Source: Candidatus Hydrogenedentota bacterium (GTDB taxonomy: Bacteria; Hydrogenedentota; Hydrogenedentia; Hydrogenedentales; SLHB01). From it: a DNA stretch of 64,000 nt. Every line of letters begins with the position of its first letter. Position 1 is the first letter of the stretch. Where the stretch lies: assembly GCA_963745075.1 (NCBI GenBank), contig CAVUWV010000008.1, positions 320,001 to 384,000 on the forward strand. Reading direction: 5' to 3'. Positions 25,927 through 38,417 of this stretch are shown one piece after another. A model generated the notes under the pieces. That model was not told the DNA's origin, ran no database searches, and worked only from the letters and a program-made list of their open reading frames with translations. Position numbers and translations under genes: made by a program.

Positions 25927-28675
25927 ATGAGAACCGTAGCAATTGCCACTTTGTTGACGCTCATGATCGCGACCATTGCCGGCGCAGCCGATAACACCCT
26001 GTTAATGCGCGCGCCGTCCGGGAGCGCGTACGCCCAGCAGAACGAATCCGGCACGAACATCCTGCCGAACGGACGGTTCGTCACGCCCATGGGGAAGATG
26101 ATCCGCGTGCAGCCCCATCCCTACGGGATGACCATGAGTGCCGACGGCCGCTGGGTTATTGCGGTGTGCAGCGACGACCCGCAGTTGGCCATTCTCGATC
26201 TGGCGAATCCGGATGCGCCCGCGATCGCGCACATCCCGGAAAATCTCGGCGACGGCAAAGGCGTGCTCGACGCGGCCTTCATGGGCGCCGCCGTGGATCC
26301 CGCCAACAAGGTGGTCTACATCGCGGGCGGCGGCGACTGGAGCGTCATGGCCTTCAATCTCGAAACGCGCGAACGTTTGTTTCGCATTGACTGCGCCCAC
26401 AAGAACGACGATGGCGATTTCACGTTTGGCTACCTCGGCGACTTGCGTCTATCTGCCGACGGCAAGACCATTTACGCGGTGGACCAGTCGAATTTCCGTC
26501 TGCTCATCATTGACGTCGAAGGCCGGAAGGTGCTTCGCTCCATCGCCGTGGGGCGCTATCCTTTCGGCGTGACCTTGTCGCCGGACGGCACGAAAGCCTA
26601 CGTGGCCAACGTCGGCATGTATGAGTACTCCTACGTGCGCGACGACAAAGGCGGCATCGCGGCACTCGACTTCCCGCCGTTCGGCGTCCCGTCCAGGAAG
26701 GCGAAGAAGGGCGTCACCATCGACGGCAAGAAGGTCGAAGGCCTCGGCGATCCCAACGACATCCGCGGCATGTCCGTGTGGACGGTCGACATCTCGAAAC
26801 CGGGCGAGGAAAAAGTCGTCGGGAAGACGAAGACGGGTCACCTCGTCGGCGAGAAGCTCGAAGATTTCCCGGCGGTCGGCGGCAGCAGCCCCAACTCGAT
26901 CGCGGCCACGGAGCAATATGTCTATGTCTCGAACGGCAGCAATGACAGCATCACCGTCATCGATCCCAAGAGCGGCAAACGCGAACACGATATTGACCTC
27001 GTGCTCGACCCGCGCGTCAACCACATCCGCGGCATGATTCCCTTCGGCGTCGCCCTCTCGCCGGATCGCGAAGATCCTCTACGTTGCGGAAGCGGGCATC
27101 AACGCGGTGGGCGTCGTGCGGTTGTCGGACGAGAAAGTGCTGGGCCACATTCCGACGGCGTGGTTCCCGAGCAAGCTCGCCGTGTCGCCCGACGGCACGA
27201 AGCTCTACGTCTCCTGCGCGAAAGGCCTCGGCTCCGGACCGAGCGCGGGTCCGGGGCACAAGCAGGGCGATCCCACCGGAATCGGCGCACTCATGCGCGG
27301 CTACATCAACATCATCGACGTCCCATCGCAGCCGGAATTGGACGCCATGACGAAGCAGGTGGTCAAGAACAACGTTGACATTTATCCCTTGTCCGAAGAC
27401 CCCCGGCCAAAGGGGTTTCCGGTTCCGCCCGCGCCGGGCACGTGGAAGAGCCCCATCAAACACGTGATCTACGTGACGAAAGAAAACCGCACCTATGACG
27501 AAGTCTTCGGCGCGATGCCCAAAGGCCGCGGCGATGCGGAACTCTGCCGCCTCGGGCGTCCCATCGACGTGTCGAACAAGGACAACTCGCGCACGGTGAA
27601 AGACGTGGTCCTCATGCCGAACCACATCGCCCTCGCGAAACGGTTCGCCATCAGCGACAACTTCTACTGCGATTCCGACCATTCGGTCGACGGCCACCGC
27701 TGGCTCGTCGGCACCTATCCCAACGAATTCATGGAAGCGAAGATCGGCGAGAACGCCAAGGGCGACGGACCCGGCAACTTCATGTTTATCGGCTCATCCG
27801 GCGCCATCTATCCCGAGGATTACAACGAAGCCGGCGCCATCTGGGAACACTTCGCGCGCGGCAACCTGCATTTCCGCAACTACGGCCTCGGCTTTGAATT
27901 CAAACCGCAGAACGAGGAGCAGGAGTACAAGTATACCGGCATCCGGTTACCCATCAACTACCCTATGCCGGAGGTCCTGTACGAAAACACGTCGCGCACC
28001 TTCGCGACCTACAACACGAGCGTGCCCGACCAGTTCCGCATGGACATGTTCAAAGAAGAATTCGAGGAACGCTGGCTCAGCGGCAAGGAACCGTTCCCGG
28101 ACATCATCACCATGATGCTGCCCAACGACCACGGCTCCGGCGAACGGCCCGACGACGGCTATCCTTTCTGGGGATCGTACATGAGCGACAACGACCTCGC
28201 CCTCGGGCGGCTCGTCGAGATCATCAGCCACAGCCCCTTCTGGAAGGAAACGGTCATCATGGTCACGGAAGACGACGCCCAAGGCTACCGCGACACGGTC
28301 GACGCCCACCGCTCCGTCTGCATGGTCATCGGCCCCTATGCAAAGCACGACTACGTCTCCCACGACCACGTGAGCATGTCGAGCATTCTGAAAACCATGT
28401 TCCTCATCCACGGCCTGCCCGCCTTGAATCAGTACGACGGATTCGCCACGGATCTCCACGACATGTTCACGATGGAACCAAACAACGCGGAACCCTACAA
28501 CGCGCTACCGGTCAACCAGGAAATCTTCGATCCGCAGAAGGCCTTCGACCCCTTCGACAAGGAATTCGATTGGGAGGCCGCCGCGAACTACGTCGACGTG
28601 GACGACCAGGAATACCTCGACACCGACCCCTACGGCCAGAACGGCAAAGCCGGTCACGTCGCGCGGTCGGAGTAA
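25927..28675 (+). CDS. YVTN beta-propeller plus phosphoesterase (alkaline phosphatase superfamily) protein (frameshift near 27066)
   Basis: Signal peptide, LPNGR, repeated SPDG-x-x-YV blades; IKHVIYVTKENRTYD, DNFY, LPNDH, EDDAQ; two overlapping ORFs join at SPD. Confidence 0.85.
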
Positions 28676-28693
28676 GAACACGCCCCTGCACTC

Positions 28694-28730
28694 GTCCGTG
28701 TGGGTCCGTGTCTGTCCGTGCAAGTCCGTG
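28694..28730. repeat. 10-nt periodic tandem repeat, GTCCGTG x4
   Basis: GTCCGTG at 28694, 28704, 28714 and 28724 between convergent genes. Confidence 0.7.
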
Positions 28731-28739
28731 TTTTCCGCC

Positions 28740-30275
28740 TCACACCGGCTCCGGCAACTCCAGCGTATCCCCGACGCGGGACTGCCACCCACGCAGTTCC
28801 CCGGTCAGCCGCTCGATGACCGCGCGGCTTTCACTTTGGTCGAACAAGTTGGTCGTGTCGCCGGGGTCGTCACGCAGATGGAAGAGCTGACTCGAATCGC
28901 CCACGTTCAACGTCAGTTTCCACCCGTCCGGCGAGATAACCGTGCGGGAATGGGGTCCGGACACCTTCGTCGCATCGCGGTTGGCGCCCGCGGGATTGCG
29001 GCCTTCAGGCATGGCTTGCGGCGCGTTCCATTCGACGAAGACCGGGTCCGTGGGCTTTGCGTCGCCCTTCATGACGGGGACCAGACTCTTCCCCGGCAAG
29101 GTATCCGGCTTGTCCGCCCCCAACAGATCCAGCACGGTCGGCACGAGATCGATGTGGCTGGAATTACCTTCCACGACGTGTTGTCCGCGTCCGGCGCGCG
29201 GATACCGCACGAGCCAGGGCACGCGCATGGCTTCCTCGTACATGTAACCTTTCTCGACGAGTTTGTGCGCGCCCATCATGTCGCCATGGTCGGACGTGTA
29301 CACGACGATCGTGTCCTCGGTAAGACCGAGTTCTTCGAGCGTGGCCAGGATCGCGCCGACGCTGCGATCGACCTCGCTCACCAGCCCCCAGTAATTCGCA
29401 ATGAGCCGCCGCCATCCGGCCTCGGTGCTTAAATCGAATTTGCCCGCATACTCGCCCGCGTATTTCTTCGAACGGATTCGGTAGGACAACGGTTCGTTGT
29501 CTTCCAGGGGGTCGAGATGGTTTGCGGGCAGCGTGACCTCGTCGAGGGCGTGCAGGTCGTTCAACGGACCCGTGAACGGCATGTGCGGTTCGAGAAAATT
29601 GACGTACAACATAAACGGTTCGTCGCGATACCGACGCAGGAAATCGCAAGCCTGCAGCTCCAGAAACTTCGGTTTGCTCTGCTCGATAGGCAGCGACGCG
29701 GCAAACCCCCGCGAATACCCGCCCCGATCCGTGTCGGGCGTATGGCCGAGGCTCGTCAGCCAGGCGGCGTAATCGCTGTTCTTGGTTGCGTCGCGAACTT
29801 CGCGGTAGTAGTGCCAGTATCCATCTTCGATGCTGCGCCACTCCTCGAACCCGTGCTGCGCGAAGATCTCGTCACCGAGATGCCATTTGCCGCAGTAGCC
29901 GGTGCGATAATCGTCATCGTTCACGATTTCCGGCAAGGTCGGCACATCGTAGGAGAGGGCGATGTTGTTTTGCGTGCAGCCGTTCTGGTGCGGCCACAAC
30001 CCCGTCATCACCGTCGAGCGCGACGGCGTACACACCGGCTGGCTCACGTAAGCGTTCTGGAACACGACGCTTTCCGACGCCAGTGTCGACAGGTTCGGCG
30101 ACCGGATGCGCTTATTGCCGTATACGTCAATCGTGTCCGCCCGCTGTTCGTCGGTCCAGAGCACGAGAAGATTCGGTTTGCGCCGCGCCGGGGCCGGCCT
30201 CGCCGGCACTGACGCGGCCATCGCCGCCGTTGCCGCCGACGCCAGGAAACTGCGGCGTGTAGGTTCTATCGCCAT
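28740..30275 (-). CDS. Tat-exported sulfatase
   Basis: TRRSFL Tat motif; PNLLVLWTDEQR, CTPSR formylglycine motif, GKWHL, YTSDHG. Confidence 0.95.
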   Translation of the reverse strand: MAIEPTRRSFLASAATAAMAASVPARPAPARRKPNLLVLWTDEQRADTIDVYGNKRIRSPNLSTLASESVVFQNAYVSQPVCTPSRSTVMTGLWPHQNGCTQNNIALSYDVPTLPEIVNDDDYRTGYCGKWHLGDEIFAQHGFEEWRSIEDGYWHYYREVRDATKNSDYAAWLTSLGHTPDTDRGGYSRGFAASLPIEQSKPKFLELQACDFLRRYRDEPFMLYVNFLEPHMPFTGPLNDLHALDEVTLPANHLDPLEDNEPLSYRIRSKKYAGEYAGKFDLSTEAGWRRLIANYWGLVSEVDRSVGAILATLEELGLTEDTIVVYTSDHGDMMGAHKLVEKGYMYEEAMRVPWLVRYPRAGRGQHVVEGNSSHIDLVPTVLDLLGADKPDTLPGKSLVPVMKGDAKPTDPVFVEWNAPQAMPEGRNPAGANRDATKVSGPHSRTVISPDGWKLTLNVGDSSQLFHLRDDPGDTTNLFDQSESRAVIERLTGELRGWQSRVGDTLELPEPV

Positions 30276-30428
30276 GGGTACGCTCCTCTCTCGGATTGGA
30301 TTGTGCACCGATCTCCATTCTGCGCGGGGGAAGTCGAACTGTCAATGAGTTGCAATTGTCACCGGCAATGTTCGATCCTCGTAGTAACGGAGGTACGGTC
30401 ATCTCCTGCAAGGGAAGTGTGTTGCTTT

Positions 30429-30818
30429 ATGCCGATTGAACACCGCATCGATCACGCGAAACGGCTTGTCCGGACGCGCGCGCACGGCAAGCTGACGGAT
30501 GACGAAATCCTGGCGTATCAGCGCGAGTTGCGAAGCCGGGACGATATCGCCGGATACCACGAACTATTTGATCTCACCGACGTGGAAGAATTCGACACCC
30601 TCTCCGCAGGCAAGTTGCGTGAGATCGCCGCGTCGGCCGCGAGCCTGGACTCCCCCGAACAACCCGCCAAGTGCGCCATCGTCGCGCCCCAAAGCTTGCA
30701 CTTCGGCCTCAGCCGCATGTACGAAGTGTTCCGCCAACTCCACCCCGGCACCACCAAAATCACCCGATCCTTCGCCTCCCGTCCAAGCGCTCTCCGCTGG
30801 CTCAACATCGAAGAGTAA
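30429..30818 (+). CDS. Small STAS/SpoIIAA-like hypothetical protein
   Basis: LFDLT, AIVA, FGLSRMY and ALRWL pattern. Confidence 0.6.
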   Translation: MPIEHRIDHAKRLVRTRAHGKLTDDEILAYQRELRSRDDIAGYHELFDLTDVEEFDTLSAGKLREIAASAASLDSPEQPAKCAIVAPQSLHFGLSRMYEVFRQLHPGTTKITRSFASRPSALRWLNIEE

Positions 30819-30831
30819 AGGAGGGCGGCAC

Positions 30832-31515
30832 TTACTCCGCATGCCCGTTCAAGAGGTCGACCAGCTCGCTGCGTTCAAAGTGTTGGGCGATAGCGAGGGG
30901 CGTGCGGCCTTCGGCATCTTCCGTGTTGGGATTGGCCTTATGCTCCAGGAGAAGTTGCACCAGCCCCGCGTTGTGACCCCCGGCCGCAATGTGGAGAGGC
31001 GTCATGCCATTTGTTTGCGCCGCGTTAACGTCCGCGTCGTGGTCTAGAAAGTACGCGGCCATATCGTATTGTCCCGACGCACACGCGGCATGAAGCGGCG
31101 TGTTGCCCGGCGCGAGGCTGTCGTCTTTCGACACCGCATTGACGTCCGCCCCGTTGTCCAGCAACAATTCCGCAATTTTCCGGCGGTTAAAATGCGCGGC
31201 GAGATGGAGGGCCGTCCACCCGTCATGCGAATAGGCCTTGGCAAGGTCCGGCGATTCCTTCAACAGTTCCTTGACCCGATCCGTGTCGCCCAACACCGTC
31301 GATTCGAAAATGTCGGGTTCCGCGCCGTTGTCGAGCAGCAGGTTGACAATATCGTCGTGTCCGCGGTACGCGGCAAACAACAACGGCGAATCGCCTTTCT
31401 CGTTGCGCGCCTTGACCAGATCGGGATCGTCACGCAGCAACTCCGCCAGCCGCGGCGCATCGCCGTTCGCAATGGTCTGAAACGGTTCCTCGATTTTGGG
31501 CGTTGGATTCGTCAT
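30832..31515 (-). CDS. Ankyrin-repeat protein
   Basis: Repeated G-x-T-P/A-L-H-x-A-A...LL-x-x-GADVN units. Confidence 0.95.
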   Translation of the reverse strand: MTNPTPKIEEPFQTIANGDAPRLAELLRDDPDLVKARNEKGDSPLLFAAYRGHDDIVNLLLDNGAEPDIFESTVLGDTDRVKELLKESPDLAKAYSHDGWTALHLAAHFNRRKIAELLLDNGADVNAVSKDDSLAPGNTPLHAACASGQYDMAAYFLDHDADVNAAQTNGMTPLHIAAGGHNAGLVQLLLEHKANPNTEDAEGRTPLAIAQHFERSELVDLLNGHAE

Positions 31516-31609
31516 AACAGGTACTCGCAGCTAGGTGCATTTGACCACTGCATTATGAAGGGTGCGCGCCGGCGTAGCAAGCCGGGCGCGGCAACCAAAC
31601 GAAACAAGT

Positions 31610-31761
31610 CACAGCCGGGGCGGCTGTGCCACACGTCCAATTGGCAAGACGGAGTTTCGAGTCAATCCTTCGGAAGTTCTGTCTGGTTCCTGGACTTCGA
31701 ATAGTTATCCGAGAACCGAGTGTCTGGGCGAGCGAGTGTGGCACAGCCGCCCTCGGCTGTG
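31610..31761. repeat. Two family A REP-like units in inverted orientation
   Basis: 31610-31634 and 31736-31761 match the arms at 2703-2792. Confidence 0.8.
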
Positions 31762-31817
31762 TCCTTTCGTATGGCAACGGTAGTTGGAGGTCCTCATTGT
31801 GCCTCGGCGACTTTGCG

Positions 31818-34800
31818 TTACTCCTTCCCGGCTACATCATCCGGAGCAACCGCCCGCACCGAACTCCCCGACAGAATCTCTACCTGGATCTCCACCGGCG
31901 TATCCGTACCCGCAGCAACGTCAACGGACTTCACGGGTTGCGTGCCGCTACGCGTGCCGAGCGAATAGACCTGATCCCGCAACCGCGAGAACCGGAACCG
32001 CCCGTCGTCGTCCGTACGCTGGTCGGCATCGACAATTGAAGTCTCGGGCTGCGTCGACGTGCCGTACACCTCAACGCCGGGCACAGGGTAGCCGGTTGCA
32101 TCTTCCACGACACGGCCCTCCAGCACCAGGCCGGGCTTCAATTGGATATTCGCGGGTTCTCCACGCGAAATAACTTTACGCACCGCCATATAGTCTTTGT
32201 CGGGCTTCAGTTCGACGGCATACGTGAGGGGCAGGTCGAAATTGACGTGCTCGACGTGGAACGCGCCGTGCGGTATCGGTGGGGCCAATCTCGTGCCGTA
32301 GCCGTGGCTGTACCCGGTTCCCATATGTAACATGACCGCAAGACCCGGACGCGGGTGTGCCGTCGGGAAGCATAACCATGCCTTCGACCGGAATGCCTTC
32401 CGCGAAGGTCAGATCTACTTTTTGAATCGGATGCCTTCGGTCAATTTCACGGGATTACTGAGTGTCGCGGCCGCAGCGTTCGTCGCGGCGACAACATAAG
32501 TACCTCCCAACGGCAACGCCCCAAACAAATAGGCATTGCGGTCCTCTTCGGTCCCAACTGTCGAGCGGAAAGAGTCGTGATTCGGCGGCGACTTGGCCAG
32601 TATAATCCAGACACGTGAACCGACCGGGCGACCCATTCGTGACATCTCCATAAATCGTACCGGCGGGATCTCGGCACGTTCACTACAAACGGCTCGTCGC
32701 CTTCCGGGAACTTCGATTTCGAGTGGGGATTTTTCGACGTAGTAGCCGATGGTCCGATCCATGCGGTACGTAATTTTCGTCGGGACGGGCACCTCGTACC
32801 GCACTTCTCCGTTCTCAATCGGCAGCGGACACATTCGAGATAGTAGTTGTCGCCGGGGTTCTTGATGTAGTCCAATCGAAACGTCCCCATTGGGCTGGGA
32901 TGGCCCGCCGAGAACGTCGAATCGAAGAACGACGGTGCGTATTGGGCACGTTCCGGGCTCTCGGTTTCATCGGCGAGCTGGACCACAACGCCCTTCATCG
33001 GGCTCATGAACGTCAAGCGCAATCGTTCTTCCCCGCCGAAGATTTGACCGTGCCGGGCCATAGATCCTCGATCAAGAACTCACCCTTACCATCCTTCAAG
33101 GTCACGTCCGTGTCGCGAATCGTGCTGTAGTCCTCCCCCGCAAACCGGGCCATGGGACTGTATTCAAGCCGATACGAACCGTCCCACGTGGTGCCGGCGT
33201 CGGGGGCGCCTTCGACAATCCCCGAAATCGTCAATGGGGGTCCGAGTTTACCTCCACAGGGTCTTGGCCCGCGATCAACGGCCATCAAGCATCGTGCGGG
33301 CGCCGCTCGGTCCTTCGACGAAACACCAGTACCGGGTGCCTTCGGTGATCGTATCGAATACAATCCGGCCGCTCGACATCCGAGTCGGCGACGAACTATA
33401 GTTATGATCGAAGGGATCGGTGCCAGGGGATGTAACGGTTCCCGCGCTTCGCACGATGCCCAATCGCGCACCGGTGATGGGTTCGCCCGTTCTCCTTGGA
33501 GCGAACGTTTACGGTCACCGCGTGTGCAGGCGTCAATTTCCAGGCAACGGTCTCGCCGGGAGACAGAGACAACGTTTCCCTGCCTCGATTTCTTGGATAT
33601 CCGCCCTTGCGCAACGACGGTGGCAGCGATGGGCCGGTCCCAACAATGGTCCACCTTCGCGATGCGGCCGTTCGTCCTGGAATCCGGAGGTATTTCCATC
33701 CGGGGCATTTATGCCGTCGGCCTACGCGGGAACTTCCAGAGAATTGGGCGTTGGAAATGGCGCGTCCCTGCTGGTCTTCGACGGCGAACTGCCCGGTGGA
33801 CCCCCGCTGCAGTACCAGATCGACGTTTACCGCCCGGCGCGACGCGGCCGTCCAAAGACGGCCCCAGATCGCAAACGCGAAACCTTCCGCTCGGACCACG
33901 AATAATCCATCCCTGCGATACGCCTCCAATCGTAGAGCTCCCGTTCTTCACGGTGGCCGAGTGGCCCCCATCCTCGCGCTCATGGTAGAACTTTCAAGGT
34001 CGTACTGTTAGGGGTTCAGGCAACGGTACTCCGTCTGCCGTCGATATGGTTCCCATGAAGCTGAAATCTTGCGCCACTATCAGATTCCGGCTCTGCAAAC
34101 TTTCTTGAATCTCTGTCCGAGTCGCTCAATCCGCTCCTGCGGGCTCATCGCTTCCGCAAACAGTTTCACGCCGAGATAGCTGAACCCGCCGAACGCGGCG
34201 AGCAGCACGGTGGCCACGGCGAACAACGCGATCAGGCTGTACCACGGCAAACGGAGTGCGGGACGGTCGTGGGGCTTGAGGATGCGGCGAATGCGGTCGA
34301 GCATGGTGCGTTCCGGTTGGGGGCCGCTCATGGCGAGCGTGGGGGAGGGGGACAGCGCGTGCGCCGCGAAGGCCGCCAGGGCATGGGCGTAATCGGTCGC
34401 GCCGCCGGTGCATCGAATGGCCAGCGCGTCACAACACGCTTCCCGCTCGACGCGAATCTGACGGCTGATCCACCACACCGCCGGATTGAAGAACAAGCAG
34501 CGTCTCCACCAGCAGTTGCGCGAGGTTCACGAGATAGTCGTAGCGCCGGATATGGGCGAGTTCGTGGGCCAACGCGGCGCGCAAATGGTCCGGCGGCACA
34601 CCGGTCATCACGTAGGCGGGCAGCAGGATCGCCGGCGACAGAATGCCCATGACCATGGGACCGTCAATCCGGTCCGACACCCGCAACGCTACATCCCCGG
34701 CGACGCCGAGCGCCTCACGCAGTTCGTCAAGGATGGACTGCATGCCGTCGTTATCGCAAAGAACGCTCCCCCGCCGCAGCCGCCCCGCGCCCCGCACGAG

Positions 34801-35235
34801 AAGCGTGGTGCGAACGGCCATCACCAACACGCCCGCCAGCCAGGCGTCGGCCAGCCAAGCGCGCCAGGGGAACGGTGCACTGTGAGTAGGCTCATACGCT
34901 CCCGCCGAAGCTGTTTCCGCGCCGCTGGCATTCGATCGGTCAGATCCGACCGATCGGTCCGGTCCGTCAGATCCGACGCCGCGGCCGCATGAGCGGTCGC
35001 AGTCTCCCCGGCCCGTTCCAGGTAGACCAGCGCCGACCACGTCACCAGCCATCCGGCGACGACGAATACAAGCCCCGCCAGGCACCAGCCATAGCGCCGC
35101 TCCGGATCGCGTTGCCGGAATGCGCCGTAACATGACCCACAACACCAACACCGCCAGCACGCCCTGCCACAGCGTGTGGAGCAGGGCCATGGGCAATTGC
35201 GCCCAGGCATCGAATACCCACGATGGCACGATCAT
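31818..35235 (-). pseudogene. BlaR1/MecR1 (peptidase M56) sensor with extracellular carboxypeptidase-regulatory-like domains; multiply frameshifted (pseudogene or assembly errors)
   Basis: ALLHTLWQG, AHELAHIRRYD, FFNPAVWW, EREACCD; downstream fragments carry GRVVEDATGYPVPGV and TDDDGRFRF; split over at least 7 ORF pieces. Confidence 0.8.
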
Positions 35236-35630
35236 TTCCTGCGCCCCCGTTTCAAAGCGGCCTCATGCTCCGCAATCAGCGCGCGGATTTCATCCAATTC
35301 CTCGGCGGAAACCGTATTCTCCGCCAGCAGATGCTGCACAGCCGTCGACGGACTTCCCCCGAATACATTCGCGACCAGTTGCCGCAGCATGGGACCCAGC
35401 ACCTGCCGTTTCGTCACCGCCGCCGAATACCGGTGCGCGCGCCCCTCCGGCCGGTGTTTTACCAGACCCTTCTTCTCCATTACCTGCAATACCGACAGCA
35501 CCGTCGTGTACGCGCGCCGCTTGCCATCCGGCATCTGGTCGCTCATCTCCCGCGCGGTCAAACCGCCTTCCCGCCACAGCACGGCGAGGACCTGCAACTC
35601 CAACTCCGACGGACGGGCGATAGGGCTCAT
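35232..35630 (-). CDS. BlaI/MecI/CopY family transcriptional repressor
   Basis: SELELQVLAVLW, AYTTVLSVLQVMEKKGLV, FGGS, ELDEIRALI. Confidence 0.93.
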   Translation of the reverse strand: MSPIARPSELELQVLAVLWREGGLTAREMSDQMPDGKRRAYTTVLSVLQVMEKKGLVKHRPEGRAHRYSAAVTKRQVLGPMLRQLVANVFGGSPSTAVQHLLAENTVSAEELDEIRALIAEHEAALKRGRRK

Positions 35631-35649
35631 GACGGCTCCTCCGGGTTTC

Positions 35650-35691
35650 TACTATGTTCATAGTATCTACTAGAGACATAGTATCTGTCAA
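35650..35691 (-). promoter_or_regulatory. Tandem BlaI-type operators overlapping the blaI promoter
   Basis: Perfect TACTATG-TT-CATAGTA (35650-35665), imperfect TACTAGAGACATAGTA (35668-35683), and TTGACA on the minus strand (35686-35691). Confidence 0.7.
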
Positions 35692-35892
35692 GCTTTTTTT
35701 GCGGAAACGGAGGGCGGGTTTTCCAACCCGCCGCCGAATGCCTGTCCGAACGGAATGTCACGATGCACAATAACAGGGGACTATGGTGAACAACCCCAAA
35801 CCGGGAAGACGCCCTGGGCCCCTATCCATAATCATCGTAACGGACTTTCCCACCTATCACGTCCGCCTCGAGTAGCCGAAACGGCAAGCAAA

Positions 35893-36036
35893 GTAGGACG
35901 GGAATGGTTCCCGTCCAGGGAATTTTGAGAGCGGTGTCCGACTGGAACAGCCCGTATGTTCGGGGCAAGTATGTGGGAATGCCGCGGGCCTGGAGAGGCT
36001 GAGAATGGGACAGGACGGGATTCATTCCCGTCCTAC
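35893..36036. repeat. GTAG-type REPIN, family H
   Basis: GTAGGACGGGAATGGTTCCCGTCC and GGACGGGATTCATTCCCGTCCTAC; second copy at 49776-49898; related GGAGGGCGGGTTTTCCAACCCGCC at 35709-35732. Confidence 0.8.
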
Positions 36037-36119
36037 TCAGAAGCCCGCACCGCGACCGCTCGACCATTTTCGTGGTAGCATGGCGGGACGGTGACTCGAC
36101 ACTTGGAAAGGGTGCGTCT

Positions 36120-37272
36120 ATGCGTAGGGGATTCTCTATTTTCGTGTTGTCATGTGCGGTTTTCGGCGGCGGATTCCATGCTGCCGGCGACGAGGCTACG
36201 GCCGGAGACTGGCAATCGGTGAAAACGCCGGACGGTGTGCTGGCTGTGCATCCCGACGTGGAGTGGAAATCAACCCTCCCGCAAGGGCCCTTCGTGCGCC
36301 TCGGCGACGGCGGCATCCTCGGCGTGAGCGGCACGAACGTATTGGTCAGCCACGACGAAGGTGAGACGTGGGAGACGCGGCCCCTCTTCGCGCCGGACCA
36401 GGATCTGAAGGTGTCGTCGGAGCGCGCCATGGTGCGCACAGCGAACGGGACCATCGTGCTCGTGTTCATGAACATGACCGCGTACACGTGGAAATGGAAC
36501 GCGGAGAAAAGCCTGCCCGAACCCGATTCTGAACTCGACGTGTGGTCCATCCGCAGTGTCGATGATGGCAAGACCTGGATCGACGCGCAGAAGATATATG
36601 ACGGTTACTGCGGCGACGTGCATAGCATGATTCAGACGAGCCAAGGCACGCTGATCACGCCGGTGCAGGAGCTGATGTACGAAGACGGCCGCCACGCGCT
36701 GCGCCCGCGCTACTCGACCGATGACGGCAAGACCTGGCACCGCTCGAACTTCCTCGACATCGGCGGGCGCGGCCATCACGATGGGCTGATCGAAGGCACG
36801 TTGACCGAACTGCGCGACGGCCGCGTCTGGCTGTTGTGCCGCACGAACCTCGGCCAATTCTGGTCCGCCTATTCCGGACAACCAGGGCGAAGACTTTCGC
36901 GTCCTGCAACCTTCCGGCATCCCCGCGAGCAGTTCGCCCGGAACGTTGACGCGCCTCGCCAGTGGACGGCTCCTGCTCGTGTGGAACCGGCCCATCCCCG
37001 AAGGACTCGACGCGACACCGGAAAACCTTATGCGCGGCGGCGACAACCAATGGTCGGACGAACGCGTCAGCAACCACCGCGCCGAACTGTCCGTAGCCTT
37101 TTCCGAAGACGACGGCGCGACGTGGTCGACGCCGGTTGTGATCGCACGCCGCCCGGGCGCGTCGTTGGCGTACTCGTACGTCTTCGAAGCGCAGCCCGGC
37201 GAAATCTGGGTGACGACCATGCAGGGCGATGTGCGCGTGGCGTTTGAGGAAGGGGATTTATTGGGGCGGTGA
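36120..37272 (+). CDS. Sialidase/BNR (Asp-box) family protein (frameshift near 36875)
   Basis: Repeated S-x-D-x-G-x-T-W Asp boxes; LLCRT; AYSY near the C-terminus. Confidence 0.85.
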
Positions 37273-37912
37273 TCCGAGGGACAACAGGAACAACACGAAC
37301 GTGTGTTTCCTGAGGTGCGCTCTGTTCTTCCGAGTCCTTGCTGTCTCTGTTGTCCCTGGCAAGCTTCCCGGCTACGTCGCGGATCGGCGCCTCAGCACCG
37401 CAAGAGAAAAGAGCAGGAACGCGTTCAGCGTACCGACGATAATGGGTGGCACGATGTTGGACACCGTACGTTACAGGAGGGCCCAGCCCGGCCCAATCGC
37501 CACCTTCGCGCTTTGTTACCTGAGTACACCGAAACCGTTAACCGTCAGGAGATCATGCCGAGCGATTCGGAAACCGAACAGGAAGACCTCAGTAACGCGG
37601 GGGGCGCCAGACCGATCGAGTGGACAAAAATAGAAAGCAACACAGCCCCGCGTACCATCCGGGAATGCCAGTAGGCTATTCCGGCCTGGCTAGCGATACG
37701 ATTAGTCACCTGGGCGTATCCGTGTGACGATCGGTAACGAACCCACGGCGAGCATGCCCATTTCCGCAGGCGCATACGATGCAGATGAGTGCCGCCAACA
37801 CGAGACCAATACGGTCCAACACTCAACCGGCGCAGATTCTGTGGACCGGAAAGCCGTAACGGAATCGCTCGGGATGGATGAGGTCATGCACTTCGTCTCC
37901 CAAAGGCTCGCC

Positions 37913-38417
37913 CTAGTCTCGTCCAAGCGGCGCAGCTTCGCAAGCGGCAGAAACAAGAAGCGCGCAGAGCGCGCCGACGAGGAGAGGCGGCGTCACGCAA
38001 AAGACGTAAGAGGCAAGAACGGCAATCCCCTTCCAATCACCGCCTTTCGCTTCGGACTCCATCGCGACCAGGAAACCCAGGATGGACTGGACAATCATCA
38101 CCGCAATCCCGGCAAACAGGATTCTCCGAGTTACGCGAAGGACAGCCGATCGATCGGGACGCGAAGTAAACCAGGCAACTCAGCCCGGCCAGGATCGGGG
38201 GTATGGACGTAACGCAGCCGGCAAAGCCCCACAGCAGCGCTAAATCCTGAGAATTTCCGTAGGGAGCATTTAGAAACGCCACTGCCACAGAGCCAATGAA
38301 CGCCGAAAGTGCGAGGCACAGGACTGCTGCCGCAACACCGAGCACCGTCCAACGAAGCGAATGAGTCCGGCGCGTCGATGACACGGTACTCTCTGGACTT
38401 TGTGGGGCGGTTGCCAT
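37913..38417 (-). CDS. Hypothetical multi-TM membrane protein (frameshift near 38120)
   Basis: Hydrophobic helices in ORFs 38037..38417 and 37913..38101; no recognisable family. Confidence 0.35.
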
